Assembly (NCBI GenBank): GCA_001643535.1
Contig: LXTG01000068.1
Coordinates: 1-44,758, forward strand
DNA length: 44,758 nt
From: a candidate division NC10 bacterium SPGG6
GTDB taxonomy: Bacteria; Methylomirabilota; Methylomirabilia; Methylomirabilales; CSP1-5
Direction: 5' to 3'
A program made the position numbers and the translations under genes. Under the pieces are notes generated by a model. It searched no databases. It was not told where the DNA came from and worked only from the letters and a program-made list of their open reading frames with translations. Below are positions 8,294 through 15,887 of the stretch, in pieces. Numbering within the stretch: position 1 is the stretch's first letter; each line of letters starts with the position of its first letter.

Positions 8294-9193
8294 CTACTTG
8301 TAAAATTCCTCGCGACTCCCGCTCACCACTTCTGATGCGATGACCTGTTCTTCTCGAAGGATCTTCAAGACCACCTTGTCGTTTGCCCGCTTCTTCCAAA
8401 GCTCTTCATAAAAATCGCGTCGGGTCTCCACGGTGCAGAAGTTCACGGCGACGATGACGTCTCCCTCCCTGATCCCAGCCCCCTCCGCCGGCCCGCCCGC
8501 GACCAACCCTACCACCATCACCCCTTGCTCCACCGGCTGCAGAAATGCCCCGATCCACGCTCGCACCGGCCGGCTGACGACCCGACCAAATTCGAGAAGC
8601 TCCGTTCGGTTCAGCTGATACAGCTCCACGGGAATCGCCACCGTCGCGCGAGCCACCTCAGCAAGGTTGAAGGAGGCAATCCCCACCACACGCCCCGCCA
8701 GGTCAAAGAGGGGCGCCCCGCCGAAGCCGGGATTCTGAATCGTAACCCCGACTGCTTTGTCCAGCATGTATTCCCAGTGGGTGTCGAACTCGCCAAGATA
8801 GGATACAAACCCCTCTGCCACCCGCCGCTCCACGATTCCCGTGGCGGCAGCGAGAAAAACCGGCTGTCCCAGCAGGATGTCCATCGAAGAACCGAGACGA
8901 ACCGCGGGGAGATCTTGGGGTGGAATCTTGAGGACGGCAAGACCACTGTTAAAGTCTTGCGCCACCAGGTGAGCCTGAAAACGCCGACCATCCGGGACAC
9001 CCACCCCGATATGTTTCGCCCCCAGGACCACGTAGTTTACCGTCAGGAGATACCCCCCCGTGTCCACAATGACCCCGGTGCCCATCCGCTCTTCCCCCAG
9101 GACCATGGTGGAGGGGTGGTCCGGCCCGATACTCGCTTCGATGCTGACAACGGCGGGTAGAACCCCGTTGACTAACTCGGGTGGCGCATCCAT
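8294..9193 (-). CDS. HtrA/DegP-like trypsin-fold + PDZ protein with all three catalytic residues substituted
   Basis: S1C architecture is clear: GTGVIVDTGGYLLTVNYVV, GLAVLKI, IQNPGFGGAPLFDLAGRVVGI, and a PDZ with GVMVVGLVAGGPAEGAGIREGDVIVAVN. However, TNNHVV is TVNYVV, D-LAVLKI is G-LAVLKI and GNSGG is GFGGA. No signal peptide. Confidence 0.8.
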   Translation of the reverse strand: MDAPPELVNGVLPAVVSIEASIGPDHPSTMVLGEERMGTGVIVDTGGYLLTVNYVVLGAKHIGVGVPDGRRFQAHLVAQDFNSGLAVLKIPPQDLPAVRLGSSMDILLGQPVFLAAATGIVERRVAEGFVSYLGEFDTHWEYMLDKAVGVTIQNPGFGGAPLFDLAGRVVGIASFNLAEVARATVAIPVELYQLNRTELLEFGRVVSRPVRAWIGAFLQPVEQGVMVVGLVAGGPAEGAGIREGDVIVAVNFCTVETRRDFYEELWKKRANDKVVLKILREEQVIASEVVSGSREEFYK

Positions 9194-9492
9194 GGCGGCG
9201 CTCCAGAGTGGGACGAAAAACGTGAGTTCATCTTAGCAACTTCCCGAAGGGATGCCAAAGGAAAAGCCCTCGCGGTATTGGCCTGATTCATGCAAGACCG
9301 AGCAAGGCTGAGATCGTCGGAAATCGCATGACAGATATTGTGGCGCTGCCACTCATCCCCTGTCAAGGGGTCGCGGGGTTGAGTCTTGAGCACGAAGGAG
9401 CCACAGTCTGTGTTCCTGACTCGTTCCAACTGCATCTTCAACGTCGAGTCATTACCGCCCGCACGTGATATAATGTTACCTCTGGAGGCCAC

Positions 9493-10182
9493 ATGGATAA
9501 GAAGCAAGCGTCCCCGTCCGAGCAGTTCGTCTTAAATCAGCTGCATGTGGACGACACGAACCGGGTCTACCGGATCATGACCGAATTCGCCGAGGGGTTC
9601 GAGGTTCTCTCTCGCATCCCCCCGGGTGTAGCGATTTTTGGGTCATCCCGAGCTACCCGGCACGACCCGTACTATAGCGTCGCGGAGGGGATTGGCCACC
9701 TCCTGGTCGAGAACGGATTCGCCATCCTGACCGGTGCGGGACCAGGCATCATGGAGGCCGCCAATAAGGGGGCGCGGGAGGCGGGGGGTCCCTCCATCGG
9801 ATTAAACATCCAGCTTCCGCTGGAACAGCCGACCAATCCCCATGTAACCACCCTGCTGAATTTCCGATACTTCTTCGTCCGAAAGGTCATGTTCGTCCGC
9901 TACTCTGTAGCCTTCGTGATCCTGCCAGGGGGATTCGGGACGCTCGATGAGCTTTTCGAATCGGTTACCCTAATCCAGACCAACAAGATCCGCCCCTTTC
10001 CGGTTGTCCTGGTGGGGCGGGAGTACTGGCAGGGCCTGCTCGACTGGCTCCACGGGACCGTGGTCAAGCGGGGAAAAGTCACGTCTGAGGAGATGGCCGT
10101 CTTCACCCTGGCCGAAACTCCAGAGGAGGTCCTGACGGCGATCCAACAGGCCGCTCCTGACCACCCACGGGTGATACCGTAA
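9493..10182 (+). CDS. LOG-family (TIGR00730) nucleotide phosphoribohydrolase
   Basis: PGGFGTLDELFE and GAGPGIMEAANKGA motifs. TATAAT with an extended TG lies at about 9464-9472 upstream. Confidence 0.85.
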   Translation: MDKKQASPSEQFVLNQLHVDDTNRVYRIMTEFAEGFEVLSRIPPGVAIFGSSRATRHDPYYSVAEGIGHLLVENGFAILTGAGPGIMEAANKGAREAGGPSIGLNIQLPLEQPTNPHVTTLLNFRYFFVRKVMFVRYSVAFVILPGGFGTLDELFESVTLIQTNKIRPFPVVLVGREYWQGLLDWLHGTVVKRGKVTSEEMAVFTLAETPEEVLTAIQQAAPDHPRVIP

Positions 10183-10381
10183 TGCAGCGTGCCGTCTTGA
10201 GGCGACTCAGCCCTCTACCTCAAGATCGGTCCTCTCTTCCTTCCGTGATCGATCCCGGCACTCCCGAATCGCCCGGCAGGACGGAACACAGGTCACCGGA
10301 GGTCTCATCGCGAAGACCAAGGCCTGCCCAGAAAACCGACCCCGCACTGAAAAGACGGAAAAAAGGCGTCCGAAAAGGACT

Positions 10382-10410
10382 TTGACATTTTCCCCGCCCA
10401 TCCCTATAGT
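10382..10410 (+). promoter_or_regulatory. sigma-70-type promoter TTGACA-N17-TATAGT upstream of archease/rtcB
   Basis: TTGACA at 10382-10387, 17-nt spacer, TATAGT at 10405-10410. It lies about 55 nt upstream of the archease start. Confidence 0.6.
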
Positions 10411-10464
10411 GAAAGGTGAGGGCGATCGTGCCAGAGCCCGCTAGGAGGCCAGGTTCGTAGAGGG

Positions 10465-10893
10465 GTGATGCCGTATCGGTTCCTCGAAGATGTCGCCATC
10501 GCCGATGTGGCCTTCGAAGCGGAGGGACGAACGCTCCCCGAGGTCTTCGAGGCGTCGGCGCTAGCCCTCACCGAGGTGATGGTGGATTTGGACGGGCTCT
10601 CCCCCGTCCTGTCACGCGAGATCACCCTCACCGCCGAAGATCTCGAGACCTTACTCTTCCGCTGGCTCGCAGAACTCATTTATCTTAAAGATTCGGCATG
10701 TCTCCTCTTCTGCCGATTCCAGATCGCCATCCGGGAAGGGACCGAGTGGGAGCTTCAGGCAACTGTGTGGGGGGAGGGAATTGATTACGGCAAGTTGCCG
10801 CTCAAGTTGGACGTCAAGGCCGTGACGTATCACCTGTTCGTAATCGAGCAAATCCCTGCCGGATGGAGGGCCCGGGTCGTCCTGGATATCTAA
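10465..10893 (+). CDS. archease
   Basis: The N-terminus MPYRFLEDVAIADVAFEAEG and the C-terminus VKAVTYH...VVLDI are typical of archease. It lies directly upstream of rtcB, its usual partner. Confidence 0.85.
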   Translation: MMPYRFLEDVAIADVAFEAEGRTLPEVFEASALALTEVMVDLDGLSPVLSREITLTAEDLETLLFRWLAELIYLKDSACLLFCRFQIAIREGTEWELQATVWGEGIDYGKLPLKLDVKAVTYHLFVIEQIPAGWRARVVLDI

Positions 10894-10914
10894 GGGGGTA
10901 AGAAGGGGGTAAGG

Positions 10915-12363
10915 ATGATGGAAGCGAAAAAGATCGCTGAGGGCATCTGGGAGGTTCCCCGCACCGCCAAGGAGGGTATGCTGGTCCCTGCCCGGATCTA
11001 CGCGACGGACAAACTCTTCAAGGAGATGGATCAGGGGGTCTTCGAGCAGGTAACCAACGTGGCTTGCCTGCCCGGGATCCAGAAGTACGCCATCTGCATG
11101 CCCGATGGCCACTGGGGCTATGGGTTCCCCATCGGGGGGGTGGCCGCCATGGATACAAAAACTGGGGTCATCTCGCCGGGCGGAATCGGCTTTGACATCA
11201 ACTGTGGGATGCGGCTTATCCGGACCAACCTCATCGAGGCCGAGGTCAAGCCCAAGCTCCGAGATCTCATAGATCGTTTGTTCCATGCGGTTCCGTGCGG
11301 GGTCGGCACCAAGGGATTCCTGAAACTGAAAGAAGATGAATTTCGAGAGATCATGGTCCAGGGGGCGCAGGGCATTATCCGGCGTGGGTATGGCTGGCCA
11401 GAGGATGCAGAGCGGATGGAGGACGCCGGCCGGATCCCCGGAGCCGATCCGGCCAAGGTCAGCCCGAAGGCCACGAGCCGCGGGATCCATCAGCTCGGAA
11501 CGTTAGGATCCGGCAACCATTATCTCGAGATCCAGGTGGTCTATCCGGGTAATGTCTACGATGCAGATGCCGCCAAGGCAATGGGCATCGATCGCGACTT
11601 TCAGGTGGTGGTGATGTTCCACTGCGGCTCCCGGGGCTTCGGCCATCAGGTCGGAACCGACTATCTCGACCTCTTTGGGCCAGCCATGAAACGGTACGGC
11701 ATTACCATCCGCGATCGAGAACTGGCCTGCGCACCCTTTGCCTCTCCCGAGGGTCAGGACTACTTCAAGGCGATGGTGTGTGCGGCCAATTCGGCCTTTG
11801 CCAATCGCCAGATGGTCACCCACCGCATTCGAGAGGTCTTCAGCGACGTGTTCAAGCGGGACGCTCGCGATCTGGGCCTCGATATAGTCTACGACGTGAC
11901 CCACAACATCGCCAAGATCGAACGGTATCAGGTGAATGGCGAAGAGAAGGAGCTGCTCGTCCATCGCAAGGGAGCAACCCGTTCTTTTCCCCCAGGACAC
12001 CCAGAGCTGGCGGAGCGGTATCGTGCTACGGGCCAGCCGGTCATCATCGGCGGCTCTATGGAGACCGGCTCTTACCTCCTCATCGGAACGGCCAAGGCCA
12101 TGGAAGAAAGCTTTGGGTCCACCTGCCACGGCTCGGGCCGGACCATGTCTCGCACGGCCGCGAAGAAGAAGGTTCATGGCCGAGACCTGCTACAACGAAT
12201 GGAACAAAAAGGGATCTACGTGAGGGCCGCCTCCTTTGCGGGGGTTGCCGAGGAGGCGGGAATGGCCTATAAGGATATCTCTGATGTCGTGGAGGCCGTG
12301 GAGACACTGGGGATCTCGAAGAAAGTGGTGCGTTTGCAGCCGATTGGCAATATCAAGGGATAA
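10915..12363 (+). CDS. rtcB: RNA 3'-phosphate/5'-OH ligase RtcB
   Basis: GGIGFDINCGMRL, GSGNHYLEIQ, HCGSRGFGHQV, HRKGATR and CHGSGR motifs. Confidence 0.95.
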   Translation: MMEAKKIAEGIWEVPRTAKEGMLVPARIYATDKLFKEMDQGVFEQVTNVACLPGIQKYAICMPDGHWGYGFPIGGVAAMDTKTGVISPGGIGFDINCGMRLIRTNLIEAEVKPKLRDLIDRLFHAVPCGVGTKGFLKLKEDEFREIMVQGAQGIIRRGYGWPEDAERMEDAGRIPGADPAKVSPKATSRGIHQLGTLGSGNHYLEIQVVYPGNVYDADAAKAMGIDRDFQVVVMFHCGSRGFGHQVGTDYLDLFGPAMKRYGITIRDRELACAPFASPEGQDYFKAMVCAANSAFANRQMVTHRIREVFSDVFKRDARDLGLDIVYDVTHNIAKIERYQVNGEEKELLVHRKGATRSFPPGHPELAERYRATGQPVIIGGSMETGSYLLIGTAKAMEESFGSTCHGSGRTMSRTAAKKKVHGRDLLQRMEQKGIYVRAASFAGVAEEAGMAYKDISDVVEAVETLGISKKVVRLQPIGNIKG

Positions 12364-12379
12364 GGGCAGCGAGGCATCG

Positions 12380-12727
12380 GTGGAGAGCAAAGAGCTGTTG
12401 TACACCTCGTACCGGCTGCAGGAGCTGGAGCGCCTCCTCCCCGAAGGGCTCTCCATGGCTGAGCTTCAGCAGGTAGAGGCTTTTGTCGAGCAGCGGGACG
12501 ATGTGGGATTGATCGCCTTCTTGGAACAGCGAAACCTCTCCCCCGAGAGCCGAGGTCGGCTCCGGATTATCACAGAGGCGCGGCCTATCGCCCTCACGAT
12601 CATCGCCCTCTGGCGGGAGATGCCGCTCCGCCACGAGGAGATCGAGGCGCAATACAAAAAGCTCCAGCACCTCAAGGCTCAGTATAATCGCATCGCCCCC
12701 CGACGGGCGGGCGTCGAACTCTTCTAA
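12380..12727 (+). CDS. hypothetical protein downstream of rtcB
   Basis: In-frame GTG at 12380 (GAGG 5 nt upstream), 16 nt after the rtcB stop. The helical 115-aa product starts VESKELLYTSYRLQELERLL... The ORF-track start at 12236 lies inside rtcB. Confidence 0.45.
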   Translation: MESKELLYTSYRLQELERLLPEGLSMAELQQVEAFVEQRDDVGLIAFLEQRNLSPESRGRLRIITEARPIALTIIALWREMPLRHEEIEAQYKKLQHLKAQYNRIAPRRAGVELF

Positions 12728-12730
12728 CAG

Positions 12731-12884
12731 TCGACTGTTCTTGGTTCACGGTTCACCGTTCACAGATGGTGGTTGGTGAGGTGAAAACCACCAGCCACCA
12801 GTCACTGGCCACCAGCCACTTTTTTCTTATCGGTCGTCGGACTTCGGCGAGCTCAGTCGAGTCGTCAACGGTCATCGGAGATCG
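12731..12884. repeat. spacer composed of 22 consecutive heptanucleotides (TTCACNG, NTGGTGN/NCCACCA, NTCGGNC, GTCANCG blocks)
   Basis: Read directly; see findings. It contains a 12-bp hairpin (12767-12778 pairs with 12789-12800) and a T6 run at 12820-12825. Confidence 0.9.
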
Positions 12885-12887
12885 AGC

Positions 12888-13919
12888 ATGAACGTAGTTC
12901 GCTTCCACACGCACGGGGGACCCGAAGTCCTCAAGTTGGAGGAGATCCCGGACCCCCAGATCGCCCAGAACCAGGTCTTGGTGCGGATTAAGGCCTGTGC
13001 CTTGAACCACCTGGACCTCTGGCTCCGCCAAGGGCTGCCTGGCGTGAAGGTCCCCCTTCCCCACATCCCCGGCTGCGATATCGCGGGCGAGGTGGCAGCG
13101 GTCGGCGAGCTCTGCACCAGAGTCAAGGTCGGGGAGGCCGTGATGATCTCCCCTGGGAGGAGCTGCGGCCAGTGTCCCCAATGCTTAGGGGGTCGAGACA
13201 ATCTCTGTCCGAACTACCAGATTATCGGGGGGTACGGGCTCAACGGGGGATACGCCGAACTGATCGCGCTCCCAGAGGTGAACGTCCTTCCCCTCCCCAA
13301 AGGCTTGGACTTTGTGCAGGCCGCGGCCCTCCCGCTCACCTTCCTTACCGCCTGGAATATGTTGGTGACGTTGGGGAACATCCAATCTGGACAGACGGTG
13401 TTGGTCATGGGGGCCGCAAGTGGCGTGGGCGTCGCAGCTTTACAGATCGCCAAACTGTTCGGCACCACCGTCATTGCCGCCGCAGGTACCGATGACAAGC
13501 TTGCGAAGGCGAAGGCCCTCGGGGCAGACCATGGCATCAACTACCAAAGGCAGGCGATTGGTCACGAGGTGAAACAGCTCACCGCGCAGCGCGGGGTCGA
13601 CATCATCTTCGAGCATGTGGGGGGCGAGACCTGGAAAGAGTTGATCCCCATCCTGGTCGCTGGCGGAACGCTAGTCACGTGCGGGGCTACCAGCGGCCCA
13701 ATCGCGGAGACCGATATCCGGTACCTCTTCATGCGGCAGCTCCGGATCCAGGGGGCCTTCATGGGCGGCAAGGGCGATCTCCTGACCATCTTGCCGCTGG
13801 TGGAAGTGGGAAAACTCAAGCCGGTCGTGGACCAGGTCCTTCCCCTGTCCGAAGCGGCCCAGGCCCACCGTCTCCTTGAGGAGCGCCGGCAGTTCGGCAA
13901 GGTCGTCCTCACGATATGA
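12888..13919 (+). CDS. MDR-superfamily zinc-type alcohol dehydrogenase / NADPH:quinone oxidoreductase-like protein
   Basis: 343 aa with PGCDIAGEV, a structural-zinc-like CGQCPQCLGGRDNLC, the Rossmann motif VLVMGAASGVGVAALQIAK, and FGKVVL at the C-terminus. Confidence 0.85.
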   Translation: MNVVRFHTHGGPEVLKLEEIPDPQIAQNQVLVRIKACALNHLDLWLRQGLPGVKVPLPHIPGCDIAGEVAAVGELCTRVKVGEAVMISPGRSCGQCPQCLGGRDNLCPNYQIIGGYGLNGGYAELIALPEVNVLPLPKGLDFVQAAALPLTFLTAWNMLVTLGNIQSGQTVLVMGAASGVGVAALQIAKLFGTTVIAAAGTDDKLAKAKALGADHGINYQRQAIGHEVKQLTAQRGVDIIFEHVGGETWKELIPILVAGGTLVTCGATSGPIAETDIRYLFMRQLRIQGAFMGGKGDLLTILPLVEVGKLKPVVDQVLPLSEAAQAHRLLEERRQFGKVVLTI

Positions 13920-13945
13920 AACACAGATAATGAGGAGGTGATGCC

Positions 13946-14161
13946 ATGGCACCCGAAGTCGTAATCTATGGCAAAGACGGGTGACCCTTTACCTCGGCGG
14001 CCCGGGAGGACTGCGCCCAGCGAAACGTCTCTGTTCGCTATATCGATGTGAAGAAAGATAAGAAAACCCTGGAGGAGATGCTTAAATTCTCCAAGGGCGT
14101 TCGGGACGTTCCGGTCATCGTCGAAGATGGCAAGGTCACCATCGGCTTCGGCGGAACTTGA
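13946..14161 (+). CDS. small glutaredoxin-like (YruB/NrdH-type) protein with an in-frame TGA at the active-site position (candidate selenoprotein, otherwise a pseudogene)
   Basis: ATG 13946 has GAGGAGG 7 nt upstream. The reading is MAPEVVIYGKDG-[TGA 13982-13984]-PFTSAAREDCAQRNVSVRYIDVKKDKKTLEEMLKFSKGVRDVPVIVEDGKVTIGFGGT-stop. Thioredoxin-fold elements continue after the TGA. Confidence 0.55.
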
Positions 14162-14273
14162 GAGGTTTGAGGCCAGGGTCCTGGCCGTTGCTTTCAGGCC
14201 GTCGCCCCACGTTGGGTGCGACGGCCTTTTCCTTCGCCACCCGAAGCTCTGTGGCGCCAGCCTTCAAACCGTG

Positions 14274-14726
14274 ATGGACCTTAATCAGATCGACGGATAT
14301 CTTTTTCAAGGCTCGGCCCCCCTCGGTCCGCGCGATACCGACCGGCTCCTGTCCTTAGGGGTCAGGGCAGCGGTGGACATGCGGGCCGAGGCCCAGCCCA
14401 CTCTTCCCCTGGATAGTACCCTCTGGCTCCCCACGACAGACGGAGAAGCCGCCACGGTAGAGCAGCTCACCACGGGCATCCGCTTTATTGAGCACTGCCT
14501 GAGCCTTGGATGGGGCGTGTACGTTTACTGTCAGGGAGGGATCGGCCGCTCCACCATGATGGTTGCAGCCTATCTGGTAGGCAAGCGTGGGATGGATGTT
14601 GACGAGGCGATCGAGGGCATCCAGAGATGCCGGCCCGGCGCCAGTCCATCTCGCCTGCAAGCGCAGACAGCCGAAACGGCTGGCCTCGCCTTCCGTGCAG
14701 CGGCCCAAGGGTCCCTCTCCACGTGA
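14274..14726 (+). CDS. dual-specificity (Cys-based) protein phosphatase
   Basis: The signature VYVYCQGGIGRSTMMVAAYLV is the HCX5R(S/T)-type P-loop. Start at MDLNQIDGY (14274). The ORF-track start at 14127 overlaps the glutaredoxin-like ORF out of frame. Confidence 0.75.
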   Translation: MDLNQIDGYLFQGSAPLGPRDTDRLLSLGVRAAVDMRAEAQPTLPLDSTLWLPTTDGEAATVEQLTTGIRFIEHCLSLGWGVYVYCQGGIGRSTMMVAAYLVGKRGMDVDEAIEGIQRCRPGASPSRLQAQTAETAGLAFRAAAQGSLST

Positions 14727-14795
14727 CCTTTTTGCGCCAGCCCGGTCCGTCGTGGTCACTGGTACCTACCAGCCCCTGCCACCTCTCATATGCCT

Positions 14796-15185
14796 CTACT
14801 CCTCTTCCCCAGGCCAACCCTTGATCCCGTACAGGCCGGCTTTGAGCACCTTCAGGGCCAGCAGTCCGCACTTCAGTCGAATCGGGCTGAGCGGGATCCC
14901 CAGGGCCTCGAGCATCTCTTCCTTGCTGAAGGCCCTGACCCGCTCCAGGGGGGCTCCCTTGACCTTATCAGTCAGGATCGACGCTGCCGCCGTACTGATG
15001 GCACAACCCCGCCCATCGAAGCGGACGTCGACCACGCGGCCCTCGCCGAGCTTGAGATCAATCCGGATCCGGTCACCGCAGAAAGGGTTATCTTCCTCGT
15101 TGGTGATATCCGGGTCCTCCAGCGTCCCGAAGTTGCGCGGTCTCTTGTAATGATCCAGGATGAATTCGCGATGAAAATCGTCCAT
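14796..15185 (-). CDS. SufU/IscU-like Fe-S scaffold protein, second paralogue
   Basis: ILDHYKRPRNFG..NPFCGDRIRIDL..GRGCAISTAAASILT..IRLKCGLLALKVL carries the three Cys of the SufU family (TIGR01994-like). Confidence 0.85.
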   Translation of the reverse strand: MDDFHREFILDHYKRPRNFGTLEDPDITNEEDNPFCGDRIRIDLKLGEGRVVDVRFDGRGCAISTAAASILTDKVKGAPLERVRAFSKEEMLEALGIPLSPIRLKCGLLALKVLKAGLYGIKGWPGEEE

Positions 15186-15253
15186 GTCCCTAGGCCTTAC
15201 CGATCTTCCAACCTCTCAGCCTGCCACGAGCGTCTCCAGCTCCTCGGCAGCGC

Positions 15254-15277
15254 CATATATGATATATGATATATGAT
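15254..15277. repeat. tandem heptanucleotide (ATATATG)x3 + ATA
   Basis: Read directly at 15254-15277 in the 416-nt spacer upstream of the second sufU paralogue. Confidence 0.9.
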
Positions 15278-15601
15278 AGAGGAAGAGGCTGGCACGGTCT
15301 ACTACTCGTACCACCAGCCTGTAACCCCCTCCCGGCTTTGCAGACTTTCCCCCCTTGCAAGAAAAAGACCGTGTATTCGTTGGAGTCTGCGCGGCTTTCC
15401 ACCCTTGCATCGATGTAGGCGTCAGGCTCGAGCGAACCGCGTGGAAGCAACCGGAAGAGCAGGCCTTCGAGCAGACGTCAAGGGTCACGCCGACCTATGA
15501 TTCGGTCATTTTCTCTGCTACCGTGGAACTTAGGAAAGGAATCGTCCCCAGGAAGTGTCACTGTTGGCGGGTCCCTTCGACGTAGGGGCGCCCCTCACGT
15601 C

Positions 15602-15847
15602 TCAGGGGACGAGCTGCTTGCCGCTTTCGTCGATGACGATCAAGGCATCCACCGGACAGACAGTACACGCGTCGATCAGCCGCTCCCGGTCAATGCTCGG
15701 GGGACTCTGCGTAAAGGCGCAGATATTCTCGCCGTCAAATTCGAAGATTTCCGGCCCCACTTTCATGCAGTTGGAAGTGCTGATACAGAGCGTACGATCG
15801 ATGCGAATCGTCAGGCCGCTGATTTTTCGTTCGACGAAATCGCCGAT
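15602..15847 (-). CDS. small single-cluster ferredoxin ([3Fe-4S]-type CX5C...CP pattern), no canonical start codon
   Basis: Not in the ORF track. Reverse-strand frame: ..IGDFVERKISGLTIRIDRTLCISTSNCMKVGPEIFEFDGENICAFTQSPPSIDRERLIDACTVCPVDALIVIDESGKQLVP-stop (TGA at 15604-15602). Between the upstream in-frame TAG and the first Cys there is no ATG, GTG or TTG. GGAGGA precedes an ATC at 15847-15845. Confidence 0.55.
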   Translation of the reverse strand: MGDFVERKISGLTIRIDRTLCISTSNCMKVGPEIFEFDGENICAFTQSPPSIDRERLIDACTVCPVDALIVIDESGKQLVP

Positions 15848-15887
15848 GGCTGTTCCTCCGTGTCCCTGGTGCCCAGAACTTCCCCAC

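Noticed and set aside
10651-11490. 279-aa minus-strand ORF
   Set aside because: It is antisense to archease and rtcB. It has no motifs and is a shadow ORF.
12731-12884. Possible CRISPR array, because of the regular short repeats
   Set aside because: The repeat unit is only 7 nt, there are no unique spacers between units, and no cas genes are in the window. This is a tandem heptamer array, not CRISPR.
14127-14273. ORF-track N-terminus of the phosphatase gene (start at 14127)
   Set aside because: The first 49 codons overlap the 3' end of the glutaredoxin-like ORF out of frame and look non-protein-like (MARSPSASAELERFEARV..). The phosphatase domain begins after Met-50.
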